A DNA stretch of 58,484 bases from positions 1 to 58,484 of IMG/VR virus record IMGVR_UViG_3300020185_003230; one strand, 5' to 3'. Of the stretch, positions 1-8,571 are shown in pieces (the first letter of the stretch is position 1; each line of letters starts with the position of its first letter). The translations under genes were made by a program, and so were the position numbers. Source of the DNA: a virus. Its lineage: Duplodnaviria; Caudoviricetes. The notes beneath the pieces were generated by a model. The model had not been told where the DNA came from. It did not search any database and saw nothing but the letters and a program-made list of their open reading frames with translations.

Positions 1-262
1 TGTTCTTTAAGTTGCCATCGTGGTTGCCTAGAATAATGTAGGTCGGCGCAATCTCCGCTAAACTACGGAAGAAGTCTGAGCACATCTCAACAAACTCTGG
101 TGAGATTTGTGTCTTTGTGTGTGCGATGTCTCCGCAGTGGACAATGTAATCCACTTTTCGTTCTCGCAGGGTTTGGTATAATTGTTCGAATACAATCTTA
201 TACTCGTAATGATACTTTAAATTTTTGATGTGTGTGTCAGCCAGATGCGCGATAATAGCCAC
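1..262 (-). CDS. SbcD/Mre11-like metallophosphoesterase nuclease (T4 gp47-like), runs off the left window edge
   Basis: Not in the ORF track. Manual translation from GTG at 262 (GGAG SD upstream) gives MAIIAHLADTHIKN...YIVHCGDIAH...IILGNHDGN, containing the DxH, GD and GNHD calcineurin-like motifs. Confidence 0.9.
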   Translation of the reverse strand, partial: MAIIAHLADTHIKNLKYHYEYKIVFEQLYQTLRERKVDYIVHCGDIAHTKTQISPEFVEMCSDFFRSLAEIAPTYIILGNHDGNLKN

Positions 263-388
263 ATTTTCTCCAAGCTTTGTTGTTTGTTGTCTTGTTTGTT
301 GTTTTCAGAATCAGTTGAATACTTTCGCTAAGACTTCTTATTTACAAATTTCAAAATACCTCCATATAAGTACAGCCTCTATTATACA

Positions 389-417
389 AGTATACCTTGC
401 ATGATAGAGGCTGTCAA
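389..417 (-). promoter_or_regulatory. sigma70-type promoter for the sbcD-like gene
   Basis: TTGACA (417-412), 17 nt spacer, TATACT (394-389). It overlaps an 11-bp inverted repeat (372-382/404-414). Confidence 0.8.
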
Positions 418-430
418 GTGTTATTATAGG

Positions 431-1516
431 TTATGCGTTAAGGTATCTGTTTATCTCTTCCTTAATAATCTCTTCTATTTCCTGTGAACCGGACGAAGGA
501 TCGGGATTATAATTTTGCTCACCCGTTATTTTTTCAATCTCTTCAGCGCTGAGGTATGGACCGAACATAATACTATTATACGTGTCTTCCACTGACATTC
601 CGGACAAGGGAAGTTCTCCATTATAAACTTGCTCTAGTGCATCGAAGTCTGGCAGTATAGCTTGCGCTTGTTTCATCTGTTTACCCGATTTGTATATTTG
701 CCCACCTATAGCATATTTTCCTACTAGCTCTTCAGCTTGTAACTCATCATAGTACCCGATGTTATTGAAATCTTCCATAAATTCTTGCGCTTCGGCACCA
801 TCAGTGTTTATATTACTGTAGAAGTTATCGATATCAATCTCAAGATCCTTGATTTGCTCCATATCACTGGGCATCCCGTACCTCATGGTACCTGCTTTTT
901 TGTCTTTAAGGACTTGCAAAAATACACTGTATTCAGGGGGCATAACTGTAAATTTTCTTCCTGGTAGTTCCTCGAATTCCATCATTGGGTATAGTGAAGT
1001 GCTATTTTTGTTTCCGCTCCATACCCATGCGTTGAAGTTATTTATCTGCTTATACATCTCTTGCGTCTTAGTATCAAGGCTGCTTAAGTCTGCCGTTACT
1101 TTATCCATATGCGCGACGCGCCTGGATGCTTTGGCATCCGAGTCGGAGTCAACCGCTAAACCAAGAGCACCCACTGCCCCAATAGTTAGTCCTGCAACGA
1201 CTGTCGGAAACCAACTTCTGCCCTCTAGCATAATCTCATTAATCCCGTGCTCAGCAAAAGACTCAAGATAGAGGCTCGATAGATTGTCTTCTCGATTAAC
1301 CACCTCAACTTCTTCCAATATTATCTTTTGCAGCTGCTCTTTGGTAATGTTCATTTCTTTTTTTATTCCTTTTGCATGGCGGGCAGCCGATGACTTCTCG
1401 AAGGCTTGTTTATTTTTCCAGCATTTTCTTTCGCCGCCGCTCTTTTTGATCGTCACGAATGCCCCTGATTCTCCGGAAGCATTTTTGCATTTTTCATTTC
1501 GCTTAAAGTATGGCAT
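431..1516 (-). CDS. Hypothetical protein, possible capsid-internal/ejection protein with one hydrophobic segment
   Basis: 361-aa ORF with ITKEQLQKIILEE and EEIIKEEI motifs and a hydrophobic stretch WFPTVVAGLTIGAVGALGLAV. ACTATTTAT motif upstream at 1544-1552. Confidence 0.6.
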   Translation of the reverse strand: MPYFKRNEKCKNASGESGAFVTIKKSGGERKCWKNKQAFEKSSAARHAKGIKKEMNITKEQLQKIILEEVEVVNREDNLSSLYLESFAEHGINEIMLEGRSWFPTVVAGLTIGAVGALGLAVDSDSDAKASRRVAHMDKVTADLSSLDTKTQEMYKQINNFNAWVWSGNKNSTSLYPMMEFEELPGRKFTVMPPEYSVFLQVLKDKKAGTMRYGMPSDMEQIKDLEIDIDNFYSNINTDGAEAQEFMEDFNNIGYYDELQAEELVGKYAIGGQIYKSGKQMKQAQAILPDFDALEQVYNGELPLSGMSVEDTYNSIMFGPYLSAEEIEKITGEQNYNPDPSSGSQEIEEIIKEEINRYLNA

Positions 1517-1517
1517 C

Positions 1518-2480
1518 CTAAACCGCTGCTAATAAATCCCTCAATAAATAGTCGCCACCATCTATAAACACAGCACTCTTTTTTCTCTGCTCAAATACAT
1601 GCTTGGGCATAGACCCAACATCCTCATATCCGGAAACATCAATCTTATAAAGCTCAATGTCATATTTGAGCAATGTCTTGATAATCCTCCTCTCCTTGTG
1701 AGCAGCATCGGGATCAAGTGCAATGTAAACTGGTGTATCGTTTTTCACAATCTCACGCAGCAACTTTGAGTTCTTTCTTAAGGTAGATCCCAAAATAGGA
1801 ACAGCGTTGCCAGCAACTACTGCGTCAAAGACCCCCTCGACCATTACGAGATCACTGTTCCAGTTAATATAAAGCTCGTTAAAGGTTATATCTTTGCTAA
1901 CACGCGGGTTCTTGTATTTATAAGAGTCTCCGGAGTAAGATCTAGCGATGAAATAACTAATGTCCCCGTCCTGATCGAATGAGGGGATGATTATTCTATT
2001 TCTGTACTCTCCACCAAAACAATATCCAATCTTCCATCTCACGATGTCGTCGTATGTGACGCCTCTGTTTCTCAGATACTTTAGTGCGTATTTTCCTGTG
2101 GCTGGTATATTCTTGGCGCACAGGCTTATAAACTCTTCAGGTAGCTCTATCTTTTCTTGAACTTCGATAGGTTCTTCTGCAAAGAGATCCGAAAACTTTT
2201 CAAGATCCGTTCGGCTTGTAATTGAGTCCCAGGACTGTAGTTGTGTGAACGACCCAAATCGCCTGACAATACGACGGATATTACGACCGCGATAATCACA
2301 AACCCAACAATGATAAACGTTTTTATCTAAGTTAACAGCAAACTTAGGTTTGTGGTGGTTGCACTCAGGACACTTGTAGTAGTGCTCATCTTTTGAAGTT
2401 GGTCTATCTGGACCTAGAATTTGACGCAAGATCTTGAGAGCAGCACTCTTGTTTATCACAGTATTCTTTAAATCTCTCAT
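1518..2480 (-). CDS. DNA primase (Zn finger + TOPRIM)
   Basis: CPEC...HCWVC zinc finger, YLRNRG, RIIIP, KYKNP, TOPRIM VEGVFDA and LDPDA motifs. Confidence 0.92.
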   Translation of the reverse strand: MRDLKNTVINKSAALKILRQILGPDRPTSKDEHYYKCPECNHHKPKFAVNLDKNVYHCWVCDYRGRNIRRIVRRFGSFTQLQSWDSITSRTDLEKFSDLFAEEPIEVQEKIELPEEFISLCAKNIPATGKYALKYLRNRGVTYDDIVRWKIGYCFGGEYRNRIIIPSFDQDGDISYFIARSYSGDSYKYKNPRVSKDITFNELYINWNSDLVMVEGVFDAVVAGNAVPILGSTLRKNSKLLREIVKNDTPVYIALDPDAAHKERRIIKTLLKYDIELYKIDVSGYEDVGSMPKHVFEQRKKSAVFIDGGDYLLRDLLAAV

Positions 2481-2514
2481 ATTAGATCTCGCGTTATTCC
2501 AGTTTTGTTAATGC

Positions 2515-2556
2515 TAATAAACAAACAAGCCCCCCAGAATTCTGAGGGGCTTGTTT
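2515..2556 (-). terminator. Rho-independent terminator after the FKBP gene
   Basis: AAACAAGCCCC...GGGGCTTGTTT inverted repeat (2523-2533/2546-2556) followed by a T-rich tail on the minus strand. Confidence 0.8.
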
Positions 2557-2571
2557 ACTCTATCTAGTCAG

Positions 2572-3000
2572 TCACTCGCTCACAGACACGACTTCAACTT
2601 CAAAATTAAGTTCGTGACCCGCAAGAGGGTGATTCATATCAAGCACAATCTGGCTTTCCTGAACCTCTTGAATCTTAGCTAGAAACTGACCACTTGGACC
2701 ATTACCCTGAATAGTTCCTCCGATCTCGAATTCGAAATCTTGAGAAAAAGCAGAGCGAGGGACAGTCTGTAGGGCTGCCTCATTACGGGGACCATATCCC
2801 TGCTCTGGGGTAAGCCTAAAGGTCTTGGTCTCTCCGGCAGTCATACCCACAACTGCGTTGCTAAATCCAGGGATCATTTGCCCAGAACCCACCTTGAAAC
2901 TAACCGTTTCTCCTCGGGTGTGAGAGTTATCAAACTCGGTACCATCAGTAAAGGTGCCCACGTAATGAACACTGACATTGTGTCCGCTTGTTACTTTCAT
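2572..3000 (-). CDS. FKBP-type peptidyl-prolyl cis-trans isomerase (SlyD/SlpA-like, no His-rich tail)
   Basis: VSVHYVG...DGTEFDNS...GSGQMIPGF...DMNHPLAGHELNFEVEV. Start reassigned to ATG 3000 (AGGA SD, promoter just upstream). Confidence 0.93.
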   Translation of the reverse strand: MKVTSGHNVSVHYVGTFTDGTEFDNSHTRGETVSFKVGSGQMIPGFSNAVVGMTAGETKTFRLTPEQGYGPRNEAALQTVPRSAFSQDFEFEIGGTIQGNGPSGQFLAKIQEVQESQIVLDMNHPLAGHELNFEVEVVSVSE

Positions 3001-3036
3001 TTTATTTCCTATGTACGATGCTCTAGCATCATATGT

Positions 3037-3065
3037 ATAATAGCACAAGGAAACCTGACTGTCAA
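3037..3065 (-). promoter_or_regulatory. sigma70-type promoter for FKBP
   Basis: TTGACA (3065-3060), 17 nt spacer, TATTAT (3042-3037) with extended TGn. Confidence 0.75.
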
Positions 3066-3081
3066 CTAAAGTTTAATGAAC

Positions 3082-3522
3082 TCAAGAATCTTTTTCTAAA
3101 GTTCCTGTCAGGATGTCCATAAGTGGCAGCACCACGCCCCAGCTTTTATTCTGATTTTTCATGTGGTGATTCCAGTGCCAAGGGAAGTACTTCTTCGTGA
3201 ATTCAGGGTGACGGTGTTGGTAATTGTGTACAACGAAGAAAGTTATAGCATATGCCGCCATACCAAAATATATCGCCGGTGCCAGAAATAGTAACGGCAA
3301 GTGTAGTAGTAATAATATTGGACCCCCGATCAACTCAATCTTTGATAGTCGCTTGTCAACAAATTGGTTTGCCCTGCTAACCAAGTGGTGATCTCGAAGA
3401 TGAAAGGAGAAGATGCTCTTCTTCTTTTTACCCAAACCATGGAACAGGTACTTGTGAACTCCATATTCCAAGGCGTTTCCGAGCATAAGTCCAATCATAA
3501 ATAGAGCGATGTTGTGTATCAT
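3082..3522 (-). CDS. Small fatty acid hydroxylase/sterol desaturase-family membrane protein
   Basis: His boxes EYGVHKYLFH, HLRDHH, HNYQH and WHWNHH, hydrophobic segments, C-terminal WGVVLPLMDILTGT. Confidence 0.8.
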   Translation of the reverse strand: MIHNIALFMIGLMLGNALEYGVHKYLFHGLGKKKKSIFSFHLRDHHLVSRANQFVDKRLSKIELIGGPILLLLHLPLLFLAPAIYFGMAAYAITFFVVHNYQHRHPEFTKKYFPWHWNHHMKNQNKSWGVVLPLMDILTGTLEKDS

Positions 3523-3578
3523 GATGGCTCCCTATATTATGATAGTATCACCAATAACTACTCGCTGTCTATTCTTTT

Positions 3579-4109
3579 TTATATATTTTCTACTTGCCAG
3601 CCAGCTTTTGCTATAACAATCGCATCTGCCTGATCGTATGATTCGGGTTTAGGGTTTCCAAATCTGGTGTATTCTATTTTAAAACTACTCTCATTCTCTA
3701 GAAGATGGACCAGTACTACTTGCTTAGCTTTCTTTCCTCTCGGGACTTTTATGCCGGCGTGCTTACGAGCTGATGTTGATCCAATAAACTTCGGCTTAAT
3801 CTCAAACAGTTCATAGATAAGCCAAGAAACTATACCATTGAATCGAGTAAGCGTTGAGAGTGTTTTAGCTGATGACTTTCCTCCCATAAACATATGCAGA
3901 GATTGTTCTACGTAGATATGCTCAACTGTCTTATCTTTTTCAAGTTGACATTTTTCGAGCAAATCAAGCAAGTACTGCTTCATTACGACTGTCTTCTCGA
4001 AAACATCCTTGTATTTTCGTAAATCAACCGAGTCGTAGTGAATAAGTTTCCCCTCGGATACAATCGCCACGCCAGTTATGCTTGTGCTTATGTCAAAGCC
4101 GATAATCAT
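3579..4109 (-). CDS. RuvC-like Holliday junction resolvase
   Basis: IIGFDISTSITG, YVEQ and DQADAIVIA catalytic motifs of the RNase H/RuvC fold. Confidence 0.85.
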   Translation of the reverse strand: MIIGFDISTSITGVAIVSEGKLIHYDSVDLRKYKDVFEKTVVMKQYLLDLLEKCQLEKDKTVEHIYVEQSLHMFMGGKSSAKTLSTLTRFNGIVSWLIYELFEIKPKFIGSTSARKHAGIKVPRGKKAKQVVLVHLLENESSFKIEYTRFGNPKPESYDQADAIVIAKAGWQVENI

Positions 4110-4121
4110 ATTTATATTATA

Positions 4122-5429
4122 CTATATGTCTATCTTAAGTTTAAATGAAAGATTATCACTTTCTTTCTTTAATATTGGATTTGACAATGTAGCAACGCCG
4201 ATGAGGTTCTTGTATTTGTCATAAACTGCGACTCTTGAAATATACACCTGCCTCTCGAATGATGCGGAATAATCTGAGTGACTGGAACTGACTGTATTCT
4301 TTATTTTTCGATCTGACGTTTCTTCATAAATATGTGAAGAGGTATATTCCATTTGAGTTTGTCCCTTTTCAATGAAAGTAGGATTGTTGGAATAATTAAC
4401 CTCTCCGACTTCTGCGTGAGCAAACATAGTCGCAACCTGGGTCTCAGTGTGTCCCTTGAAGTCGAGAGAAAAGGAAGCGGTTACAAAGGTAGCTCCGCCG
4501 ACTGTTGTTTGATTTACATCATCGTTCGAGCCAGCGCCGTAAAATAACCAAGAAGGATTGGAAAGAGTCCCGCCAGAACCAGAGGTCATTGCAATCTGGG
4601 TTGTAGACAAGTTCCAAGATCCGGTGAGAAGCAAAAACCCTTCTTCGTACAAAGCAACTCCGGCAACAGAACCAGAGCCAGTGCTGCCAGGAGGTCCTAC
4701 TTGAATCAATTCCCCATTCTGTCTTTGATCTTGCAACTCTCCGATCAGGGATCCTGAGAAATACCACTTAAGAGAAATAGAACCAGGATTTATCTTGGTG
4801 CCATAGAAGATCGATGGTATAGAGATTAAGTTTAGTGTTTGCGTGTCTTTGTTCCAAAGTGGAGACGAGTTGCTTACCTTATAGTGTCTACTCCTAACCG
4901 CATAGAAATTTAGTTTATTCCTCAGCGCCACATAATGAGAATTGTATGATGATGTCGACGCATATGGCGTAGTTATGTACTCTCTAGTGATCGAAGAAGA
5001 TAACGGATAAGATGCTGTCAGAATTGAGCCATACTGAAACTCATTGTAATCGGAATTGGCTCCGACGGTCTTGAAACTTGACCGTGCGCTATCTTTACTA
5101 ATGTAAGGGTAAATCCTCGCGTTATCCAGTAAGAAATCTACTGCCGAGCCGGAGGCTGTATAGTCAATAACCTTAGCGTCATAACTTACCGTTGGTCCCT
5201 CTCCAACGATCCTGTCAGTATCAACAAGAGGGCGGTCGATATTGTATTCATACAGACTTAGAAAACCATTGCTGGTATTTCTTACTTGTCCAGTGCTATT
5301 ACGAGTTCCTGTCTGCTTCGGTATGTTATTATAGTATACCTGTCCATCATAAACAAAGAAGCTACTTTTTGGAGTAGCCTCCATTGTATTTAATAAGATA
5401 TCGCTTTTTTTAAATTTCTTATAGGACAT
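4122..5429 (-). CDS. Putative tail/baseplate structural protein, paralog of 5449-6492
   Basis: Ser/Thr/Gly-rich. Shares NYSxNPT and C-terminal YIxxVxxYxxxxxLxxxAxLSxPxxK with its neighbour. Confidence 0.65.
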   Translation of the reverse strand: MSYKKFKKSDILLNTMEATPKSSFFVYDGQVYYNNIPKQTGTRNSTGQVRNTSNGFLSLYEYNIDRPLVDTDRIVGEGPTVSYDAKVIDYTASGSAVDFLLDNARIYPYISKDSARSSFKTVGANSDYNEFQYGSILTASYPLSSSITREYITTPYASTSSYNSHYVALRNKLNFYAVRSRHYKVSNSSPLWNKDTQTLNLISIPSIFYGTKINPGSISLKWYFSGSLIGELQDQRQNGELIQVGPPGSTGSGSVAGVALYEEGFLLLTGSWNLSTTQIAMTSGSGGTLSNPSWLFYGAGSNDDVNQTTVGGATFVTASFSLDFKGHTETQVATMFAHAEVGEVNYSNNPTFIEKGQTQMEYTSSHIYEETSDRKIKNTVSSSHSDYSASFERQVYISRVAVYDKYKNLIGVATLSNPILKKESDNLSFKLKIDI

Positions 5430-5448
5430 GCGCGGACTCCAAAGTGCT

Positions 5449-6492
5449 CTAGTAGTCCAATCGCACCCTTAGAATTAACTCGTTCGAAGGATCCTTGCGA
5501 AGCGGCTCAGATAGTTTTGCTGTTGCCATTAGCTCATTAGCCGAGTTGTATAGACCGACGGTCGTGATATAAGCCACTGGAGAATCTGTCGCAACCTCCT
5601 TGACTCTAATCTTACTACCAGATACATATGTCGGGTTAGAGCTATAGTTGAACTTGTTGTGTGGAACGCGACAGAAATAAATCTTGGAGTTAATCTCAGT
5701 AGTGTTGTTGTACGACAAGTTCTGTACGCGGCGGCGAAGAACATCGCAAGCTCCACTGATCGAAGATGTCTGCAGTGTCTGTGCGACTGTTTGATATCCT
5801 GCAGAAGCTGAGTTGAACTGTGTTACTCCACCAAAGATTGAAGAGCTGATTACAGCAATTCCAGCTTGATAGAACAAAACACCGTGTGCCACTGAGGATC
5901 CTGACTGAAATAGGACTCCGTAGTCTCCTCCAAACGTGTTAGTGGTCTCACCTGTGTTTGATGCGCTCACATCATAGAGAGTCTTTGTGCCCGCAAATGG
6001 TGATGCCCAAGACCCAGTGCCGAGTGTGAGGCTGAATGTTCCTTTCTTTACTTGATCTTTCGTCAAGAGACGTGCAAAACTAACAATGAAAATATCCTTC
6101 ATTGTTCCTGTACCATCAAGAGTCAGATCACTTTCAAACTTTCTAACTCCGTCTGTTGTAGAGCCGGTGTAACCAAGAAGAACCTGAGAGAACTGATTGT
6201 ATAAGTTGATCTTCTTGCTGTTCTGTGTCGCAGCAGAAGATGATAGAGGGCTAGACTCATCAAACCCAACTGTTAGATCGAAGATGTGGTTAGCAGAAGA
6301 GCTTAGGTACGGGTAATCGTACACAGACTGAAACATGCCGTGGGAATAGTTTTTGATATTAGTATCATCTGGCCAGGTTCCATAAGCGCCACTTAAAATA
6401 GTGCCAGTTACAGGAATCACTTCGTGTAGCAACGTTCTAGTAGTTGTTACATCTGAGTTGATATCTATATTTTCATAATTTTGGACTGCCAT
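5449..6492 (-). CDS. Putative tail/baseplate structural protein
   Basis: C-terminal YITTVGLYNSANELMATAKLSEPLRK resembles the second half of the P2 gpH/DUF3751 collar domain. Confidence 0.65.
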   Translation of the reverse strand: MAVQNYENIDINSDVTTTRTLLHEVIPVTGTILSGAYGTWPDDTNIKNYSHGMFQSVYDYPYLSSSANHIFDLTVGFDESSPLSSSAATQNSKKINLYNQFSQVLLGYTGSTTDGVRKFESDLTLDGTGTMKDIFIVSFARLLTKDQVKKGTFSLTLGTGSWASPFAGTKTLYDVSASNTGETTNTFGGDYGVLFQSGSSVAHGVLFYQAGIAVISSSIFGGVTQFNSASAGYQTVAQTLQTSSISGACDVLRRRVQNLSYNNTTEINSKIYFCRVPHNKFNYSSNPTYVSGSKIRVKEVATDSPVAYITTVGLYNSANELMATAKLSEPLRKDPSNELILRVRLDY

Positions 6493-6509
6493 TTGTATCT
6501 CCGTTTATA

Positions 6510-7514
6510 CTATGCTGGTGTATTGAGTCTAATAAGTCTGACAGGTATTTGGGCTGCGGCTGTGGACCTGACACCTGTTATGTATACCGTTGTATCGATA
6601 TAATCAAACGTGTCGCCTGAAGCAAACAAGTTTTGAGCCGTCTTCCCGTACTGAGTAAATACTGACGGAGTTGCTGTTCCGGAACCACCGGTATACGTTG
6701 TGCTGAAGTTAACAGCGGCGGCAGATCCTCTGGGTCCAGCTAATACTGACTTCTCAGAACGACCACTAGTTGTAGGAGTATAGAGCAAGTTAGCAACTCC
6801 TCTGGCTGAGTAGTTTGAGTAACTTGCCAAGTTTGTAGCTGAAGTTGAAGAACCTGCACTCTCCAAGCTATCTGGGACAGTTATTGTTGTAGAGGAGGCG
6901 GGAGCCGAGAAAGTACTAGCACCGTTAAGCTGCCAAACACCACTGAACAATCGATTATCGACCTGTACCGTGAAAGAGCTGTCCATCATATCGTTAGAGA
7001 CAATGTAGTTTGCGCGGTTTGTGGAGTCAGCTGTTAGGGTGGAGTCATCGATTCCAGACTCTACATATAATAGCTGTGTGTCTGTTGCGCTATTTGCTAA
7101 CATTACTTTTTTGCTATCGATACCTAGTAGCGAAGCTGTTCTCAACTTCTCTCTTGTCTCAGAGTTTGTTGCAACATAAAAGATTGTACCAGAAATCTGA
7201 AGCGCCTTATCGAAGTTCTGATTAACTTTGATTGATGGCATATACAACAGATTAGTGTTCGTCATAGAAAGCAATCCGTAGTTTATAGCAGAGTTCTGTG
7301 CTGTGACTGCCTCTAGGACAGGAGTCTGCAGGATCTCCAAGTCGTAATATGCCGACCCGGACGGATGAGATCGATTGTATTGACTGTAGTTGACCTCATC
7401 GTCACCCAGAGCAAACTTAGTAATTGAAAAATTACCATCTGCCATTCTGCGTCTTCCGACCTCTGTCAATACGGCATCCATGATGATGTCGTTTGAGTTA
7501 TCTAAAATTGCCAT
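6510..7514 (-). CDS. Putative tail-collar/baseplate protein, paralog of 7579-8571
   Basis: N-terminal DAVLTEVGRRRMA...ITKFALGDDEVNY resembles the first half of the P2 gpH/DUF3751 domain. Confidence 0.65.
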   Translation of the reverse strand: MAILDNSNDIIMDAVLTEVGRRRMADGNFSITKFALGDDEVNYSQYNRSHPSGSAYYDLEILQTPVLEAVTAQNSAINYGLLSMTNTNLLYMPSIKVNQNFDKALQISGTIFYVATNSETREKLRTASLLGIDSKKVMLANSATDTQLLYVESGIDDSTLTADSTNRANYIVSNDMMDSSFTVQVDNRLFSGVWQLNGASTFSAPASSTTITVPDSLESAGSSTSATNLASYSNYSARGVANLLYTPTTSGRSEKSVLAGPRGSAAAVNFSTTYTGGSGTATPSVFTQYGKTAQNLFASGDTFDYIDTTVYITGVRSTAAAQIPVRLIRLNTPA

Positions 7515-7532
7515 TTATTTTCCTCTTCTTTC

Positions 7533-7541
7533 ATAAATAGT
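7533..7541 (-). promoter_or_regulatory. Putative phage late-promoter motif ACTATTTAT
   Basis: Intergenic, about 20 nt upstream of the ATG. The same motif recurs upstream of several other genes. Confidence 0.55.
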
Positions 7542-7578
7542 TGCTTTTTTGTTTGTTTGACGATAAGAATCTTTTTTA

Positions 7579-8571
7579 TTAGACTGATCCGGAGTATCGT
7601 ACAATCCGAATTGGGACATTTAATGTCGAGTTTGTAGATAATCCCTGTATGTATATAGATGATTCAATGAAATCGTATCTTTCAGAAGAACCAAATAAGT
7701 TATAGCTAGTCTCTCCGAATTTTGAATATCTAAAGTTAGTTGGAGAACTAGAGTCTGCGGAGATATCATTAATGGTCTTTAGGTTCAGTGCAAAAATCGT
7801 GGATCTCGGTCCCCCAAACATCGAGTGTGTCTCTCCGGATCCAGCAGCTACCTCAACCACGCCATTGTCTGACGCCTGTACTCGATAGCAATCGTAGTTG
7901 TCAATGATTCCAGGTAGGGAGACTTTAGTACCAGTCTTTAAAGGACCCAGGTTCATATAAAGCACATCATTCTCGTCATTCTCGAATTGAGAGTCAGATG
8001 GAGAGAATAACACGTTTTCGATAAACCTTGTATCAACATAAGTAAGATAATACTTGTCATACAAATCTAGATTGTAAATGTATGACTCTTTATTTTGATG
8101 TGTGGGGTCAATGTCTAGTACTGTGTCTGGGATGATTCCAGATTCGATAACCAACTTTGCCTGATCGTGACGATCATTTTCTATGATGAAAGAAGAGCCT
8201 ATGCTTGGTTCAAGGCGACGACGAGTCTCTTTGTTGACTGCAAGGTAGTAAAAACCATCAGTATGCGCGCTTGTCGAGGAGCTAACTAAGTTATTGACCA
8301 TAACTTGTGGAATATACATAACATCCACTCTTGCAAAATTCATCAGTGAATTATTTAGAGTGCCTACTTCTGTCGCGAATGATTCTAGAATCGGTGGGAA
8401 TGAGTCAAGAGAGAAGTTGCCAGTGTCTCGATTTCCCAGAGTGTAGTCTACCTCGTCGTCACCCAAAGCGAACTTAGATACTCGAAAGTTGCCCTGAGCT
8501 AACTTTCTTCTACCAAGGTCTGTCAGCACAGCGTCTAAGACTATTCCGCCTGCATTATCCTGAAAAGCCAT
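7579..8571 (-). CDS. Putative tail-collar/baseplate protein
   Basis: DAVLTDLGRRKLA...FALGDDEVDY. Full-length similarity to 6510-7514 (ESGI, GPR, FSxYG-like, IPVR/VPIR ends). Confidence 0.65.
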   Translation of the reverse strand: MAFQDNAGGIVLDAVLTDLGRRKLAQGNFRVSKFALGDDEVDYTLGNRDTGNFSLDSFPPILESFATEVGTLNNSLMNFARVDVMYIPQVMVNNLVSSSTSAHTDGFYYLAVNKETRRRLEPSIGSSFIIENDRHDQAKLVIESGIIPDTVLDIDPTHQNKESYIYNLDLYDKYYLTYVDTRFIENVLFSPSDSQFENDENDVLYMNLGPLKTGTKVSLPGIIDNYDCYRVQASDNGVVEVAAGSGETHSMFGGPRSTIFALNLKTINDISADSSSPTNFRYSKFGETSYNLFGSSERYDFIESSIYIQGLSTNSTLNVPIRIVRYSGSV

